A DNA stretch of 64,000 bases, from assembly GCA_040220235.1 (NCBI GenBank), contig JAVJTO010000009.1. One strand, given 5' to 3'. The stretch is from Coleofasciculus sp. B1-GNL1-01. Its GTDB lineage: Bacteria > Cyanobacteriota > Cyanobacteriia > Cyanobacteriales > Coleofasciculaceae. Positions within the stretch are counted from its first letter, which is position 1; each line of letters starts with the position of its first letter. A program made the translations under genes and the position numbers. Below the pieces are notes generated by a model. It saw only the letters and a program-made list of their open reading frames with translations, was not told the origin of the DNA and made no database searches. Below are positions 53,137-63,739 of the stretch, one piece after another.

Positions 53137-53707
53137 TTACCTTGAGCAAACAAACTTGAGTGAGGCTTCTTCCGGAGAACCTGACTCAGGTACACCGCCT
53201 CTGCCATCTTCTCCATAGTTATAGCGCTACGCGCTAGGCAATAGGCAATAGGCAATAGGCAATAGGCAATAGTGAAGACAAAAGCTTACCTGAAAAGGGA
53301 TTGAGCGATTTTAATTTTTCTTCATTTGTCCTAACGTGTGTGCGTAGTGCTATATAATCTTCAATCGTTTGTCCGTCGGCATCCAGAAACCGTACAAAGC
53401 GCACCTGATAAATCTGATTCTGGCAATCCACCGCTATATAATATGTAGTGCTGTATACCTCTTGCCCAGGTACAAGATTCGGGTTGGGTTGTCCGTAGAT
53501 AATATTTGACCAGAAGTAACGCAAACGCCCTCTACCTTCAATCGTGGAGACATCAACGTGGAAAGCGTTATTGCGTGCATCGGTTTTGACTCTCACCCAC
53601 TGTCCCGCGATCGCAGCAGGCGAGATGAGAATGGCGCTGGTTAGGGAAAGGAGGGTGAGTACTCCTTGGAGAGAACGGCGGTTGAGTGAAATTAAGGGAT
53701 TCGTCAT
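53137..53707 (-). pseudogene. Secreted surface-adhesin-E-like protein interrupted by a MITE
   Basis: Signal peptide AIA|GQW and VDC motif. Excising the MITE restores EDYNYGEDGRGGVPESGSPEEASLKFVCSR*. Confidence 0.8.
53222..53352. mobile_element. MITE family E (TAGCGCTACGC...GCGTAGTGCTA), TA duplication, internal AATAGGC STRR
   Basis: TIRs and TA on both sides; inverted homologue at 58574-58698. Confidence 0.88.
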
Positions 53708-53814
53708 ATCAATAGCCGCTTAAGGGTTTCTACCTGTTTATACATCTGAGGGGAAGATGCTATGCACAAATAGAGAACACCAATAGGCTCTTATTTAAGC
53801 TTGAAGAAACGAGA

Positions 53815-54510
53815 TTAACCCGAACAAAACTGCTGGGAAGTTATCTCAAGAAAGTCAGTCAAAGCCATTGACGGATTCTCTACACTGTACGCCTGTTGTA
53901 ACACATCCGCCCACATTTGACGAGTGGCAAAATACTCGGCTTTAGCATAAACTATCTCCTCGGCTGACGCTCCTTCTTCTTGCAATTGCGCCTCTATCGT
54001 CATTAAATCAGAAGAGATGCGATCGCGTGTTGGTTGATCCAGCATCTGAAAGGCGAGTCGGTAAAGGGTAACAGAATCTTCGTTAAATAATACCCAATAA
54101 TAACGCTCTCCCGGTTGCAGTGCTTCCCCGTCATACAAAAGCGTAGTCTCAGATGAACTCACTGGTTTACTCCACACCACATCCTGGGTAACATGCTGCC
54201 ACAGTTCAAATTTGCCAATCTGTTCTCCCTCTTTGACTTGCCACATAAATAAGGGGCGATTACTCCAAACTAAGGGAATAGCTAAGGGATTATAGGCTGG
54301 AGAAATTGGACAAACTAAACCACGACTTCCTCCCGTTGTTCTCTGGACTGGGGGTCTAGCGGTATTGTCGTATGATGAGTTTGTTTGATATAACTCTAAC
54401 CACGGTGAGGGTTGACGTTGAGCCAGCGCTGTCCTGGGTAGGACTAGCTGATATCCAACCAGGCAACTGGCTAAAGTTATTGACAATAAACCTAGTTTGT
54501 CATTTGTCAT
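53815..54510 (-). CDS. DUF928 domain protein
   Basis: GGSRG..C, RPLFMW, ALQPGERYYW, YFATRQMWADVL. Start uncertain because the ATG lies in an STRR. Confidence 0.78.
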   Translation of the reverse strand: MTNDKLGLLSITLASCLVGYQLVLPRTALAQRQPSPWLELYQTNSSYDNTARPPVQRTTGGSRGLVCPISPAYNPLAIPLVWSNRPLFMWQVKEGEQIGKFELWQHVTQDVVWSKPVSSSETTLLYDGEALQPGERYYWVLFNEDSVTLYRLAFQMLDQPTRDRISSDLMTIEAQLQEEGASAEEIVYAKAEYFATRQMWADVLQQAYSVENPSMALTDFLEITSQQFCSG

Positions 54511-54850
54511 TTGTCATTTGTCATTTGTCTGTCATTTGTCGAATATTTCTTGCACTCTATCGGGGCGGGTTTACAATACTTTCTAACACAGTGTAGTACA
54601 GTAACGATGAGACAGCCCTGTTCTACTCTGGGAAAGGGTATATCATATCGAGTCTGAAAACGCTGTAGTGATATCAGGGTGAAAACCTTCCCGTTAATGG
54701 TCAAACCCACCCCTAAACAAAGGGCGGGTTTTGCAGCCAAGCTAGGGATAACAACCAATATTAGTCCCTAAACCCGCCCCTACTCTTCCCCATCTTCCCC
54801 ATCTTCCCCATCTTCCCCATCTCCCCCATCTGCCCCATCTCCCCTATCCC
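54496..54850 (-). repeat. Composite repeat copy A (TGACAAA STRR + REPs + nested MITE D + CCCCATCT array)
   Basis: Reverse complement aligns with 58429-58772. Confidence 0.85.
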
Positions 54851-54853
54851 TTT

Positions 54854-56323
54854 CTACTCCGCCGCCCCTGCAGCTTTCAGAACCCCCACGACTTCTGGAT
54901 ACCCATTAAATTCAGCAATCATCATCGCCGTATAGCCCCCTCGATTTTTGAGGGTGACATCCGCACCCGCGTCTAATAAACATTTCACAGCGGGGATATA
55001 ACCCCGATGGGCTGCCCACATTAAGGCTGTCGCCCCAGCACTATCTCGCTGATTCACATCAACCCCGGCTGCTAATAATGAGCGTATCAGTTCACTATCC
55101 CCTTGGTCAGCTATCTTCATTAATAGGGTTTTCCCGGTTATATCCGTCAGATTGGCATTGGCCCCGGCTTGGAGTAAAACTTTAACCGTTTCAGGGTATC
55201 CCTGAGATAGGGCAAGGGTAAGTGGGGTTTCCCCTTGATTGCTGGCATTTACGTCAGCGCCATGTTGCACTAGCGCGATCGCAATCTCTGTGTGACCATG
55301 TAAAGCGGCTAGCATCAGTGGGGTGTCACCGAGCTTATTTTTCAGGTCTACGTTAGCATTACGCTGGAGTAACGTCTCCACAACCGCCGTATGCCCTTCT
55401 ACCGAGGCTAAATGTAAGGCTGTCTCCCCATCAACATCCTGGAGATTAATCTCTGCCCCCGCATCCAGTAATACCCGCACAATGTCACAATGACCCCCGG
55501 CTGCTGCCGCCATTAGTGCCGTTCCCCCCCTGGGATTGTGGTGGTTTACATCCGCACCCGCCCCGACTAAAGCCTGAACCACCAACGTATGCCCTTGATC
55601 CGCCGCTAACGTCAGCGCCGTTTCACCATCCTCATCTTGCACATTGACATCAGCACCATGCGCCAACAAGGACTGAATAATGGGTAAATAGCCTAACTCC
55701 GCCGCCTGGATGAGTGCGGTTCTGCCATCAACGTTGCGAGTATTGGCATCAAACCCACCCTCCAGTAATCGGTTCACCATCGGAGTATGACCCTCACTCG
55801 CCGCTAACAGCAATGCCTCTGAACTGAGTGTGCCATCTGCCCCAGCTTCGAGTAAGATGTTTACAATTTGAACATGACCACTTTCCGCCGCTAGCTTCAG
55901 GGCGTTATCGTTATCTTTATCTTGAATATTGACATCGGCACCTGCTGCTAATAACCGTTGCACCAGTTTGAGATGACCTTTATGTGCCGCTACCATCAGC
56001 GCCGTGCTACCATCTTCATTCTTGGCGTTAACATCCGCACCATCGGCAATTAGCGTTTCTACTGCATCCACCTGATTCGCGGCGACGGCTAGCATGAGTG
56101 CAGTTAACCTGTACCGTTTTCGCGGCAAGTTAACATTAGCACCTGCGGCAATGAGCGATCGCACGATTTCGGTATAACCCCGTTGAGCGGCGATCATCAA
56201 TGCTGTTGTACCATCGCGATCAGTCGCATCGATATTCACCCCCTGACTCAGTAGGGCTTGAATTTGGGTCAAGTTGCCACTTTGGGCGGCTTTCAGCAGT
56301 AAGCCATCAGTGTTTTGGATCAT
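54854..56323 (-). CDS. Ankyrin repeat protein
   Basis: About 14 repeats of GxTALxxAAxxGHxxxVxxLLxAGADVN. Confidence 0.95.
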   Translation of the reverse strand: MIQNTDGLLLKAAQSGNLTQIQALLSQGVNIDATDRDGTTALMIAAQRGYTEIVRSLIAAGANVNLPRKRYRLTALMLAVAANQVDAVETLIADGADVNAKNEDGSTALMVAAHKGHLKLVQRLLAAGADVNIQDKDNDNALKLAAESGHVQIVNILLEAGADGTLSSEALLLAASEGHTPMVNRLLEGGFDANTRNVDGRTALIQAAELGYLPIIQSLLAHGADVNVQDEDGETALTLAADQGHTLVVQALVGAGADVNHHNPRGGTALMAAAAGGHCDIVRVLLDAGAEINLQDVDGETALHLASVEGHTAVVETLLQRNANVDLKNKLGDTPLMLAALHGHTEIAIALVQHGADVNASNQGETPLTLALSQGYPETVKVLLQAGANANLTDITGKTLLMKIADQGDSELIRSLLAAGVDVNQRDSAGATALMWAAHRGYIPAVKCLLDAGADVTLKNRGGYTAMMIAEFNGYPEVVGVLKAAGAAE

Positions 56324-56453
56324 CGCTGTTGTCTAATTGCAGGGGAAATCTACCTCTTGGGAGGGAAGCCAGTTTCGTTATCAGACTTTAGACGAAACCG
56401 CCGCTATGCTATGTTAACTTTTGTCACTATATTAAAATTGCTCCAAGAAGCTT

Positions 56454-56924
56454 ATGAACTTCGACATCCCAGAACCAATTAAAGTTTACTCCCAATTCTT
56501 TCACCCTATAGTGATGTGGCTGCTGCTGGCAACTGCCATTTATGCCCTGTATCTGGGGATCAAAATTCAACAGACGAGAACAGCAGAAGGTGAACTCCGA
56601 AAAGAGCTAGTCAAGGGCAAATACAATATCAAACACCATCAAATTGGTTCAGCACTGTTAGCCTTTATGGTGATTAGTACCGTTGGGGCAATGGCGGTGA
56701 CTTATATCAACAACGGCAAGTTGTTTTTCGGTCCCCACTTGCTGGTTGGCTTAAGTATGACTGCCATCATTGCCACCTCAGCGTCTCTGACACCCTTTAT
56801 GCAAAAAGGACATAATTGGGCGCGTTATAGCCATATCGCCCTGAATGCGGCGCTTTTAGGACTGTTTGGCTGGCAAGCGGTGACGGGAATGCAGATTGTG
56901 CAGAAGATTATCAGCAAAATGTAA
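56454..56924 (+). CDS. DUF4079 membrane protein (cytochrome b561-like His pattern)
   Basis: FFHP, KHHQIG, GPHLLVG, YSHIALN, WQAVTG. Confidence 0.88.
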   Translation: MNFDIPEPIKVYSQFFHPIVMWLLLATAIYALYLGIKIQQTRTAEGELRKELVKGKYNIKHHQIGSALLAFMVISTVGAMAVTYINNGKLFFGPHLLVGLSMTAIIATSASLTPFMQKGHNWARYSHIALNAALLGLFGWQAVTGMQIVQKIISKM

Positions 56925-57088
56925 TAGAACAAAAGGCAGAGGGCAGATGGGACGGAACAAGGGAATGATAACTCTTTAGGGGGACATGATATGACCCCTC
57001 CCTAGCCCTCCCCTGCAAGGGGAGGGAAGGGGACTATATTTTTTATGATGAAACAAGGAACCTTTGAGAATACCCTGTTGCCTAACCC

Positions 57089-58429
57089 ATGACCCATTCC
57101 TTCGATCACAAAGAAGCCTGGTATCCCGTTCATTACCTTAAGGATTTAGATCAGTCTCAACCCACGCAATTCACGCTGCTGGGTCGAGATTTAGTGATCT
57201 GGTGGGACAAGGTTGCCGATCGCTGGCGTGTCTTCGACGATCAATGCCCTCATCGACTTGCTCCCCTGTCACAAGGTAGGATTGCTGAAGATGGACTGCT
57301 GGAATGTCCCTATCATGGTTGGGCATTCACCGGAGCAGGAACGTGCGATCGCATTCCGCAACAAACCGAAGACAGTAGCGCTCAAACCTCTCAACGTGCT
57401 TGCGTTACCGCCTTACCCACCACTGAACACCAAGGTCTATTATTTGTTTATCCCGGCAATCCAGAAAACGCGCCCAATGTCAAGGTTCCCATCGTCGAAC
57501 CCTTAGATGATTCCCCGGAGGGATGGGTTTGTATTGATACGTTTCGGGACTTACCCTACGATGCCTTAACATTACTGGAAAACGTGCTAGATGTGAGCCA
57601 CGTTCCCTTTACCCATCATCGCTCGGTGAGCGATCGCGCCTACGCCAGTCCGGTTGAGCTAGAGGTCACGGAATCCGGGGAACAGGGGTTTAAAGGGGTT
57701 TGGGAACAAGGACCCCGTAAAGGAACCCTAGGACGCCAAGACACCACATTTCTTGCCCCCACATTAATGTGGCATGACCTCACCTCGAAACAATTTGGCA
57801 GAACCATGACGGTGGTGTACGCAACGCCGATTCGCAAGGGAGAATGTCGCCTATTTGCTCGCTTTCCTTTTAAATTTGCGTCTAAACTCCCCGGTTTCTT
57901 TATTAAACTCACGCCTCGCTGGTACTCTCACATTGGGCAGAATGGGGTTTTGGAAGATGACCAAATTTTTCTCCATTATCAGGAACGTTACCTTGATGCC
58001 AAAGGCGGGAGTGGCAATTTCAGTAAGGCGTTTTACTTACCCACTAAAGCTGATCGGTTTGTGTTTGAGTTGCGCCAGTGGGTGAATCAGTACAATGCAG
58101 ACCCATTCCCAGACCAACCCTTACCTCCCCGATTATCACAGGAGACTTTACTAGACCGCTATCACTCTCATACGGTTAAGTGTAAAAGTTGTAGCACTGC
58201 CTTGGTGAGAATTCGCCAGATTCGGAGAGGGGTTGCGGTTGTAGGGACAATGGCTTGGGCGATTATCCCGTTACTGGCACTATTTTTTGACAAAACAGCA
58301 ACAATAGCCGCCATTATCTCTACTGGAGTCGCGTTAATTGCTGGCTTCGGCTGGTTCGGATTGGGTAGGCTGGAACGGCGATTCTATGAAGGGCGAACGA
58401 TTCCACCCCGGAATTTAGCACAGGGGTAG
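57089..58429 (+). CDS. Rieske oxygenase, pheophorbide a oxygenase/Tic55-like
   Basis: CPHRLAPLS...CPYHGW, ENVLDVSHVPFTH, HTVKCKSC, two C-terminal TM segments. Confidence 0.92.
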   Translation: MTHSFDHKEAWYPVHYLKDLDQSQPTQFTLLGRDLVIWWDKVADRWRVFDDQCPHRLAPLSQGRIAEDGLLECPYHGWAFTGAGTCDRIPQQTEDSSAQTSQRACVTALPTTEHQGLLFVYPGNPENAPNVKVPIVEPLDDSPEGWVCIDTFRDLPYDALTLLENVLDVSHVPFTHHRSVSDRAYASPVELEVTESGEQGFKGVWEQGPRKGTLGRQDTTFLAPTLMWHDLTSKQFGRTMTVVYATPIRKGECRLFARFPFKFASKLPGFFIKLTPRWYSHIGQNGVLEDDQIFLHYQERYLDAKGGSGNFSKAFYLPTKADRFVFELRQWVNQYNADPFPDQPLPPRLSQETLLDRYHSHTVKCKSCSTALVRIRQIRRGVAVVGTMAWAIIPLLALFFDKTATIAAIISTGVALIAGFGWFGLGRLERRFYEGRTIPPRNLAQG

Positions 58430-58772
58430 GGGAGATAGGGGAGATGGGGGAGATGGGGGAGAGTAGGGGCGGGTTTAGGGACTAATATTGGTTGTTATCC
58501 TTAGCTTGGCTGCAAAACCCGCCCTGTTTGTAGGGGCGGGTTTTACCATTAACATTTGCTTGTCACCCTGATATAGCACTACGCATTAAGGTTAGGACAT
58601 ATCCAGAAAAACTCAAATCGCTCAATCCCTTGTCAGGTAAGCGTTTTTCTTCACTATTGCCCATTGCCTATTGCAAGAAAGCCTAGCGCGTAGCGCTATA
58701 TAACTAAACCCGCCCCGATTAGAGTGCAAGGAAGCGAGTATGACAAATGACAAATGACAAATGACAAATGAC
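58429..58772 (+). repeat. Composite repeat copy B (GGGGAGAT array + REPs + nested MITE E at 58574-58698 + TGACAAA STRR)
   Basis: Inverted homologue of 54496-54850. Confidence 0.85.
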
Positions 58773-58835
58773 CGATAATATACTGATAAGCAAATTATCG
58801 CTTAATTCATTAGTCGAACGTGTGAGGAAAAAGAG

Positions 58836-59321
58836 TTGATTAGCCCAATCATCTGTTTTGTGCTGGCATTTGTCCTCGCTTCCTTCGTGGAATACTGGAT
58901 GCATCGCTTGATGCACGCGAATGCCCGCATTGGTGAACGTCACCGGGATCATCACCGCCGCAATGAAGGACAGGGGGTGCTGTGGGAGTTTCGGGATTAT
59001 GTGCGGGGTAGCTTTATTGTTATGTGCCTCCTATTTTTCTATTCGTGGCAAGTTGGACTCGGTTGGTTCCTGGGTGGACTTTTTTATGCTGCCTTTTCTG
59101 CCTATGCTCATCAGCTACAGCACGAAAATCCAACGAAGTGTTTCTGGATGAAAATGCCGGTTCACTATGTTCACCATAAGTATCAAATGTGGCATCACAA
59201 TTTTGGTTTAGCTGTCGATTGGTGGGATCGGGTTTTCGGAACGTATAAGTCTGTGGAATGGCTAACTGATGAGGAATTGCAGCAACCTGAACGCGGGTAT
59301 TTACAATTGCGGTGGCGTTAA
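58836..59321 (+). CDS. Sterol desaturase/fatty acid hydroxylase family protein
   Basis: His boxes YWMHRLMH, HRDHH, HQLQH, HYVHH; DRVFGT. Confidence 0.9.
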   Translation: MISPIICFVLAFVLASFVEYWMHRLMHANARIGERHRDHHRRNEGQGVLWEFRDYVRGSFIVMCLLFFYSWQVGLGWFLGGLFYAAFSAYAHQLQHENPTKCFWMKMPVHYVHHKYQMWHHNFGLAVDWWDRVFGTYKSVEWLTDEELQQPERGYLQLRWR

Positions 59322-59420
59322 AGGTGTAGGGGAGATGAGGGAGATGGGGGAGATGGGGAACACCTCGACTTCGCTCGGTGTGTCAGATGGGGAAGATAAT
59401 GACAAATGACAAATGACCAA

Positions 59421-62387
59421 TCACAATGGAATTTTTACAATAAATTCGGTGCCTTGTCCAAGAGTCGAAGTGCAATAAATTTGCCCTTGGTGTTTTTCGA
59501 CGACAATCTGATGACTAATCGATAATCCTAACCCTGTACCACTACCGACAGGCTTGGTGGTGAAAAATGGGTCAAATATTTTTGGCTTAATATCTTCATT
59601 GATACCAGAGCCATTGTCGGCAATTCGGATAATAATAAAGTCGCTTGTCGGTTGTCCATCATCCGTGGTTGGTTGTTTGCTGCCAGTATCGACTTCAGTA
59701 GAGATAGTAATTATTCGTGGTGACGGTTGATCCTCCAAAGCATCGATCGCATTATTCAGGATATTCATAAATACCTGATTTAACTGACTGGCATAACAGG
59801 TAACTAATGGGAGTTGAGCATAGTGTTTAATTACCTGAATCTCTTGGGTATTACCCGCTGCCTTGAATCGATGCTGTAAAATCAAAAGGGTATTATCAAT
59901 CCCTTCATGAATATCAACTTTCTTGATTTCTTTTTCATCCAAGCGGGAGAAGTTTCTTAACGATAGAACAATGGCACGGATGCGATCAGTGCCAATTTGC
60001 ATGGATTTAAGCAAATTTTGCCAATCGTCGAGCAGAAAGTCTAGATCAATTTCTTCAATCAGTTGTTGAAGTTCTGCTGTGGGAGTGGGATAAGTCTTTT
60101 GATAAGTTTGAATCAAACGAACTAAATCTTGAACATATTCCTTAGCAGGAGTCAGATTGCCATAAATAAAACTAACCGGATTGTTAATTTCGTGTGCCAC
60201 ACCTGCCACCATTTGTCCCAGACTGGACATTTTTTCGCTGTGAACCAATTGGGCTTGGGTGCGTTTGAGTTGATTTAAAGTGAGTTCTAGATCTAACGCT
60301 TGTTCCTGAGTTTTCTGTAATAATTGTGCTTGCTGTACGGCGACGCCAAACTGAGTGGCTATTTGCACCACGACACTGATTTCCGATTTTCGCCAAGCGC
60401 GAGGACTGGAGTTTTGATAGGTGGCGAGTAATCCCCAAAGTTTTTTACCACAAAATATGGGAGCAATAATGTAGGATCGGGCTTGAAATTGTTCAAGGAG
60501 TTCGATATAACAGTCCGTAAATCCAGCGTTATAAATGTCTTCGACGACTCGATAACTTGCACCTTGGCTGTAAGCACCGCCTTGCGTTTCTTTTAGATAG
60601 GTATCCTGCAGCGAGTTATCGGATTGGAGATTAGTAATGTTAGGGTTTGGACAAGAATAGGGCGGATAAAGTTGGGGATGGAAACTTGAAATCGAAATGT
60701 TTTCTGAGCCATCCAAAGTTTTAAGGGTACAACGTTCTTCTTCTAAAGCATCGGCTTTGAGATCAGGGTTATTTTGCTGTTCAAGGGTTAACGTCACCCA
60801 GCCATCCGCCACAGACTCGGCGACAAACTCGCCACTCCAATCCGGATTAAACCGATAGATGGCTACGCGATCGCACCTCAAGACATGGCGCAATTCTTCT
60901 GTTGTCGCTGTGAATATCTTGTCAATATCCAGGGTTTGACGCATCCGTTGCAATACCGTCGCGATCGCCCTCTCCCGCACCGCACTCTCCCGTAAGGCTT
61001 CCTCTGTGCGTTTGCGTTCAATGGCTGTGGCAATGATATTGGCAATCGCTTGCATAAAATAAATATCATCATCGGTGAATTGGCGTTTTTGGGTGGTATG
61101 AACCGCTAATACACCAAAGGGTTGATTTTGACCAGGAATTCTCGTACTCATCCCACTGACAACCCCATGATCCTGGAGTAAAGGTGAACCCTGAAACCGT
61201 GTCTCTGTGGGTAAGTCTGTGACAATAATCGGTTCCCAACAGACCAAACTATAACCGAATTGAGATTCTTTTCCAGAACTCACTGTAGCTTGACCGACTA
61301 ATCCCGCTTGCCAACCGAATCCGGCGACAAGCAGCAATTCCTCACCATTGGGTAAACGTTGCAGAATTTGGCAATAGTCTACGTTCAGCGTTTGGGCAAC
61401 CCGAGTAACAGTCCATTCCATTAAAATGGATAAATCTTCCTCAATTAATGCCTCTTGACCCAGTTGCGCGATCGCGGCGTCTTGGCGTTGGCGAATCCGT
61501 AGCGCTGCTTCGGCTTGTTTGCGGGGGGTAATATCGGTCACCCGTACCAGATGCATTGGCTGACCTGCCACATCAATTTGTCGAATTGCCAAGTTGCCCC
61601 AAAATACGTTACCTTTTTTACTGACATATTCTAACTCTTGTTGCCAAAAACCGTAGCGCTTAACCTGATTGGCGATAGAACGCAGTTGTCCGGTCGTAAA
61701 CCTTTTTTTTTGCAGAAGATGCCCCTCGGTATTGATTAATTCTTGCTTACTTTGGGCTTCAAAGAGTTCCACAGCGCGGCGATTGCAATCGGAAATGACC
61801 AGAGTTTCTGCATTGACGATAAAAATGGCATCAGCCGATTCATTAAATATCGATTCAAATAAGTCCTTAGCACGATTATTGTCTTGGAATTTGCTAAACG
61901 ACTGGGAGGTTGACTTCCTTAGCCAACGTGTGATCAAAATGATTATCCCTATCGTGGTCATGAATAGTCCTAGACATAAACTAATCGTCGTGCGCGTGTT
62001 AATAGCGTTAGGCTGGAAAAATTTGTTGGTGTTAGCTAAAGTTAAATAACTAGAGGAATTGCCGATAAAATTTATAATGTTCGAGTTGACTGGATCGGGT
62101 TGTATCGTTGGTCGATTGGGTAAACTGATTGGACTGAGATGAGACGTCGCTGATTCAGGGGCGAGAGATGGCTGAACGCGATCGCTAATTTCGTGAGCTA
62201 ATTGAGACGCCACGTCATTGACGGCTTGTCCATTGCTGAAAGTCAAATATCCCATTGACCCTACCATTGCTGCAATTGGCACAACAAAGAGGATAATCAG
62301 GATGGTTCCCAGGGACGTTTGCCTCAACTCCTGGGCAATCAGGTGGTATATTGTTTTGATACACATAGGAAGTGCATAGATAATCAC
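59421..62387 (-). CDS. Sensor histidine kinase: 2 TM, PAS, GAF, cyanobacteriochrome GAF, HisKA, HATPase
   Basis: [52 protein letters not shown]. Start uncertain. Confidence 0.92.
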   Translation of the reverse strand: MIIYALPMCIKTIYHLIAQELRQTSLGTILIILFVVPIAAMVGSMGYLTFSNGQAVNDVASQLAHEISDRVQPSLAPESATSHLSPISLPNRPTIQPDPVNSNIINFIGNSSSYLTLANTNKFFQPNAINTRTTISLCLGLFMTTIGIIILITRWLRKSTSQSFSKFQDNNRAKDLFESIFNESADAIFIVNAETLVISDCNRRAVELFEAQSKQELINTEGHLLQKKRFTTGQLRSIANQVKRYGFWQQELEYVSKKGNVFWGNLAIRQIDVAGQPMHLVRVTDITPRKQAEAALRIRQRQDAAIAQLGQEALIEEDLSILMEWTVTRVAQTLNVDYCQILQRLPNGEELLLVAGFGWQAGLVGQATVSSGKESQFGYSLVCWEPIIVTDLPTETRFQGSPLLQDHGVVSGMSTRIPGQNQPFGVLAVHTTQKRQFTDDDIYFMQAIANIIATAIERKRTEEALRESAVRERAIATVLQRMRQTLDIDKIFTATTEELRHVLRCDRVAIYRFNPDWSGEFVAESVADGWVTLTLEQQNNPDLKADALEEERCTLKTLDGSENISISSFHPQLYPPYSCPNPNITNLQSDNSLQDTYLKETQGGAYSQGASYRVVEDIYNAGFTDCYIELLEQFQARSYIIAPIFCGKKLWGLLATYQNSSPRAWRKSEISVVVQIATQFGVAVQQAQLLQKTQEQALDLELTLNQLKRTQAQLVHSEKMSSLGQMVAGVAHEINNPVSFIYGNLTPAKEYVQDLVRLIQTYQKTYPTPTAELQQLIEEIDLDFLLDDWQNLLKSMQIGTDRIRAIVLSLRNFSRLDEKEIKKVDIHEGIDNTLLILQHRFKAAGNTQEIQVIKHYAQLPLVTCYASQLNQVFMNILNNAIDALEDQPSPRIITISTEVDTGSKQPTTDDGQPTSDFIIIRIADNGSGINEDIKPKIFDPFFTTKPVGSGTGLGLSISHQIVVEKHQGQIYCTSTLGQGTEFIVKIPL

Positions 62388-62854
62388 AACCCTACTTCAG
62401 ACTAACATCCCCTAGAGTGTCAGTTCATATTCAGGATTGCTGTAGCCATTAGCACCAGACAGGCTAACAGAGTCAGTAGGTGGGGACAATTGGGATCGTC
62501 ATTCGTCATACTCGCTTCCCGAAACGAAGCAAGCTACGTCTTATGTAAGGGTTTGAGGCGTGTTTTAAAAACTTAATCTGGTTCAGTTTATTTCCACCAA
62601 CCTATTTATCTGAATCAAATGTATTTTATTTAACCATTTTAATTTTATCCTCGACAAATTTTAAATTTTACTTTTATTATAGTTATCATAAGTTGAAGCT
62701 CTAAGTACTTGGACATAAATTTTGTCAACTGATTTAAGTGAAGGTTGCTTCTACCGATGAATGCAAAATTGAACAAGACTTGATATAATTTCCAATATTT
62801 GTTCCCAAACCCGCCCCTTGAGCCTAGTGTTGGGTCGAAACTCACTTTCACTTC

Positions 62855-63739
62855 ATGTTTGCCAATTTCCTTCCCGCCCAAATCCAGCAGCTTACTGAGT
62901 CTACCTCAATTGCCCTTGCCCAGGCGATCGCACGCCAAGATATTCTCACACCCCTGAACCCCCAACCCATTGCCACCACTTATGTCCACCAGGGAAAAGG
63001 GGGAACACCCATCCTGTTATTACATGGCTTTGATAGTTCCATCTTTGAATTCCGCCGCCTATTTCCCCAATTAGCTGAACACCAGGAAACATGGGCGGTA
63101 GATTTATTGGGATTTGGCTTTACAGATCGGATATCTGAGATCACGTTTAGCGCCAGCGCGATCACCACTCATCTTTATTATTTCTGGAAAACCCAAATAG
63201 AAGTCCCTGTAATTCTAGTTGGGGCGTCGATGGGAGGGGCGGCGGCGATCGATTTCACCTTAACCTATCCCCAAGCCGTGAAAAAGCTGGTATTGCTGGA
63301 TAGTGCAGGTTTCACCAGTCCCCCGCCCATTGGTAAATTGTTATTTCCCCCCTTTGATTATTGGGCGGTTGAGTTTCTGCGGCGTCCCAAGGTGCGGGAA
63401 AATATTAGTAAGAATGCCTATTGTGATCCCAGATTTGTTTCTGTTGATGCTTTACTTTGTGCGGCGCTTCACCTAGAAATGCCGGGATGGCATCAGGCAT
63501 TAATTTCATTTACCAAAAGTGGGGGATATCCGCCATTTGGTCAAAAACTTACCCAAATTCAGCAGCCGACTTTGATTTTATGGGGAAAAGATGACCGAAT
63601 TTTGGGAACAAAATATGCTCATAAGTTTGAAGCGGCTATTCCTAATTCTCAACTAATATGGATTGACGACTGTGGTCATGTCCCGCACCTAGAAAAGCCG
63701 GAAATAACGGCAGAATACATACAGCAGTTTGGTGAGTAA
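62855..63739 (+). CDS. Alpha/beta hydrolase
   Basis: LLHGFDSS, GASMGG nucleophile, WGKDD, GHVPHLE. Confidence 0.93.
   Translation: MFANFLPAQIQQLTESTSIALAQAIARQDILTPLNPQPIATTYVHQGKGGTPILLLHGFDSSIFEFRRLFPQLAEHQETWAVDLLGFGFTDRISEITFSASAITTHLYYFWKTQIEVPVILVGASMGGAAAIDFTLTYPQAVKKLVLLDSAGFTSPPPIGKLLFPPFDYWAVEFLRRPKVRENISKNAYCDPRFVSVDALLCAALHLEMPGWHQALISFTKSGGYPPFGQKLTQIQQPTLILWGKDDRILGTKYAHKFEAAIPNSQLIWIDDCGHVPHLEKPEITAEYIQQFGE

Noticed and set aside
54496..54850. CRISPR-like array
   Set aside because: Repeats are 7-9-mers or inverted REPs without regular unique spacers; no cas genes.
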